Part shown: positions 61,326 through 64,000 of the stretch, one piece after another
How the letters are laid out: each line of letters opens with the position of its first letter
How positions within the stretch are numbered: position 1 is the first letter of the stretch
Assembly (NCBI GenBank): GCA_013265495.1
Contig: MU057632.1
Location: 356,054-420,053, forward strand
DNA from: Vicugna vicugna
Taxonomy: Eukaryota
Direction: 5' to 3'
Length of the DNA: 64,000 nucleotides
Notes under the pieces: model-generated
The model's input: the letters and a program-made list of their open reading frames with translations, nothing else
Told to the model about the DNA's origin: nothing
Databases searched by the model: none
Position numbers and translations under genes: made by a program

Positions 61326-64000
61326 AAAAAGACTGGAACATGTCTGTTTGTACATGTGTGTGTGTGAAGATTTATCCCTTTACTTATATTTTGTTTATCT
61401 TACTTTACTTTTTAAAAAAATGACTATAAACTGTATGATGTTTACCTTTCAGCAGGATTTAGTATAACCTGTGGGTGTGTTTAGGTGGTGGTCTCTGCTC
61501 TGGGATTCGCTGTCTCTAGAAAAGTGGTCCCTGAGCAGGGTGACCCATGGTTTTATATCTTCCTCCAAACCATATTTTGACAATGAAAGAGGCATCACTG
61601 GGACTATTCCATGTGAACTGGGAGGTGTGGTTACCTGCTCACAAGGAAACGGTCCTCTGTGTACTGGTAAGGCCCTCGTGATACTTCTGCTAGAGATGAC
61701 TGTCCCTCACCCTCAACTGCATGCCCACCATGCTCTGGAGCAGCTCATATAAATGGTAAGAGGCAGACAATTCTCATATGAAGCTGAACTTAGATATGGT
61801 CCTCCTCCAACCTGAGCCACGATCAGCTTGAAGAGATCATTCTTTCTTCTGCCGTAATTATTATTATTGTTTTGCTTATAACTGGAATGGAAAAAAGACT
61901 GAAAGCCTTAAAGATGAGGACATTTGTTTGCTCAGATGTATGTCTTTTGACTTCAGACTTCCAGCACCAAAACTTCTGGGCTGGCTTTTGGATTTAGACC
62001 TATCTCTTTATGGTCCCTCTTAATGAGGAGATTATCTTAATGCATCTCCTAAGGGCTTTAGGCAACTCTGACTGCTGTCCAGCGACGGTTCTGTGCTGGA
62101 ACGCTGGGCTCATCTGAAGTGAGAAGCATCACTGTTGCCTTTGACTTTCTTTTGACTTTAAAATGTTTTGTCCAATAGAAGGTTCTGGAAGCCAAAGATA
62201 TCCTTTCTCCACTTACTAAACCTCTAATTTCTAGACATTCTCTCTCACGACTATTCATGTCAAAATTCCTGACCATTTTGTGTGATGTTACTAACCCCTT
62301 TTTCCTAACATATTTTCATTCTTTTGGTTGCACCTGTTATGTCAACAGGGCTCAGTTCTGACACATCTCTTTCTTACAGATGTATAATTTACTATTTTTT
62401 TATGATGGTAAACTAATGGAAATATTAAAATCTAAACAAATAGGCAGCACAAAGTGCACACTCTAAGTAAATGAATACATTCACAGGTGATTAGGGGCGC
62501 TGAATACATAGACTATAGTTGCCCTAAATCACACTCCTATTCCTTTGCTGGTCTACAGACCTCTTCTCACATGTGTCCTATCTGCTGGCTGGTGATGTCA
62601 AAGGCTTCTTGCTACATCCTGCCTCTCAGCTCCGGCTTCCGGTCTCTGCTCTGTCTTGATGTCTGGTCTGACCTAAGCTTTTTGTGGTTCGGGAACTGTT
62701 GACTGTAACACAGAGAAAATTTACACCTGTTCTCTTGGACCCTGCCCATGGGTTATCTACAGCTTTGGTAAAGTCTGCCTTCTAACACAAATTAATAAAA
62801 CCTTCTAATAAAAATGTCTTAAGATCCTGAAAAATAATAGAAGATAAAGACACACACACACACATGCATATACAAATAATAATCGTTCTAAAACAGCATA
62901 GCTTTAAAGTATATGAATAACAAAACAGAAAGCTGTTTTATGATGGGAGAAAAGAGAGCGGGGGAGATGTGTGTGAATTGTGTGGGATTCCACGTTCTTT
63001 AAGATTGTAAAAGCTCAGTTCTGAGGCCTTTATCTCACAGCCGGTCTCCCGGGGCTGAGCAAAGGGAATCGTTTTTTTCATTTTCTTCCTGCAACATTGC
63101 TGTCCTGCAATGATCTCCCTTCGTTCCCCGGTTCCCCACCCTGGGCTGCACTGACATCTCTGTGCATTCTGAATTCCACGCATGTCTCTTGCAGCTCTTA
63201 CAATCCTGGCTCTTACTGTGCTGAGTTTACTGCATCCTCTTACTGGACTGGAAGCCACTTGAGAGTGGAGACTAGGGATTGCAGTTGATGAAGTACATGG
63301 TCTGTGCCTGGCAAGTAAATATTTCTTGAGTGACTCTGGATCAAATGTTTGCTAACCTTCCCAAATTCCAAAAAGGGCTGATCGATGTGGCTTATAACTT
63401 CATAATTAACTTTTGTTAATTTTCTCCTGTTCTTAGAAATGGATTTAAATCAAGTGTTCATTTCCTAATTACATTATTTTTCTCACAGTGGAAAATTATA
63501 CAAAGGAAAACAATAAAGGTACATACACAAAAGATGTACATATCTTTCTTAAAATATGCCTTCAATGCACATTAATTAGGCAATGTTATGTGAATTTTTC
63601 CTAGGGTGCCCTCCTTGGCAAACTATGTTTCATCTCTCACTATTGCGATGATTTAATCTGATTCACATTTTTAAAAGGGCTAATGTGTGAGTGTGCTGCA
63701 TGAAAAATTCAATTTGAATGCTCTAGTTCAGCCCAACAGTTTCCTTTTATAGTATTTCATATATAATTAAATTTCTTCACAACATTTCATCCCGGCATAA
63801 GTAAAGATGAAATTATTTCATGGACATTAATAATATTCTTCATATTTGAATTTCTAATATTACATGCCATACGTCTAGAAGGCAGCTTATAATAATAGGC
63901 AGAAGCTGGCCTAATTCTGATATAATAATATATTAAGTATTCTCAGAGAATCCTGAATTTTTTTGTGTAAGCTGTCCAGATTCAAAGGAATTAAAAATAA

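Noticed and set aside
1..64000. The remaining 60-140 aa ORFs in the six-frame track
   Set aside because: Their lengths fit chance expectation, many start at GTG/TTG or lie within repeats and microsatellites, and none shows a recognisable domain or chains into a coherent gene model.

Overview
Mammalian, AT-rich, repeat-dense, apparently non-coding DNA (intergenic or a large intron). About a dozen tRNA-Ala-derived SINEs match the camelid Vic-1 type, and many LINE-1 3' ends share one young tail, so the source is most likely a camelid (alpaca, llama or camel); this is an inference from repeat content. I cannot recognise any protein-coding gene. The only ORFs with a recognisable product are LINE-1 ORF2 C-terminal remnants (36317-36688 -, 58756-59001 +). 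The rest is young SINE/L1 insertions with target-site duplications (TSDs), an ERV1-type solo LTR, MaLR/ERVL LTRs, hAT and Tigger DNA-transposon relics, L2/MIR relics and microsatellites. I found no convincing novel biological system. The best leads are a diverged ~130-bp duplication carrying a splice donor and a STAT/GAS motif, a candidate L1 3' transduction, a TSD-flanked tail-less internal L1 fragment, and a MER41-like LTR next to an ETS/MEF2 motif module. Repeat family names come from recall of consensus sequences, not from a search, and boundaries of old repeats are approximate.
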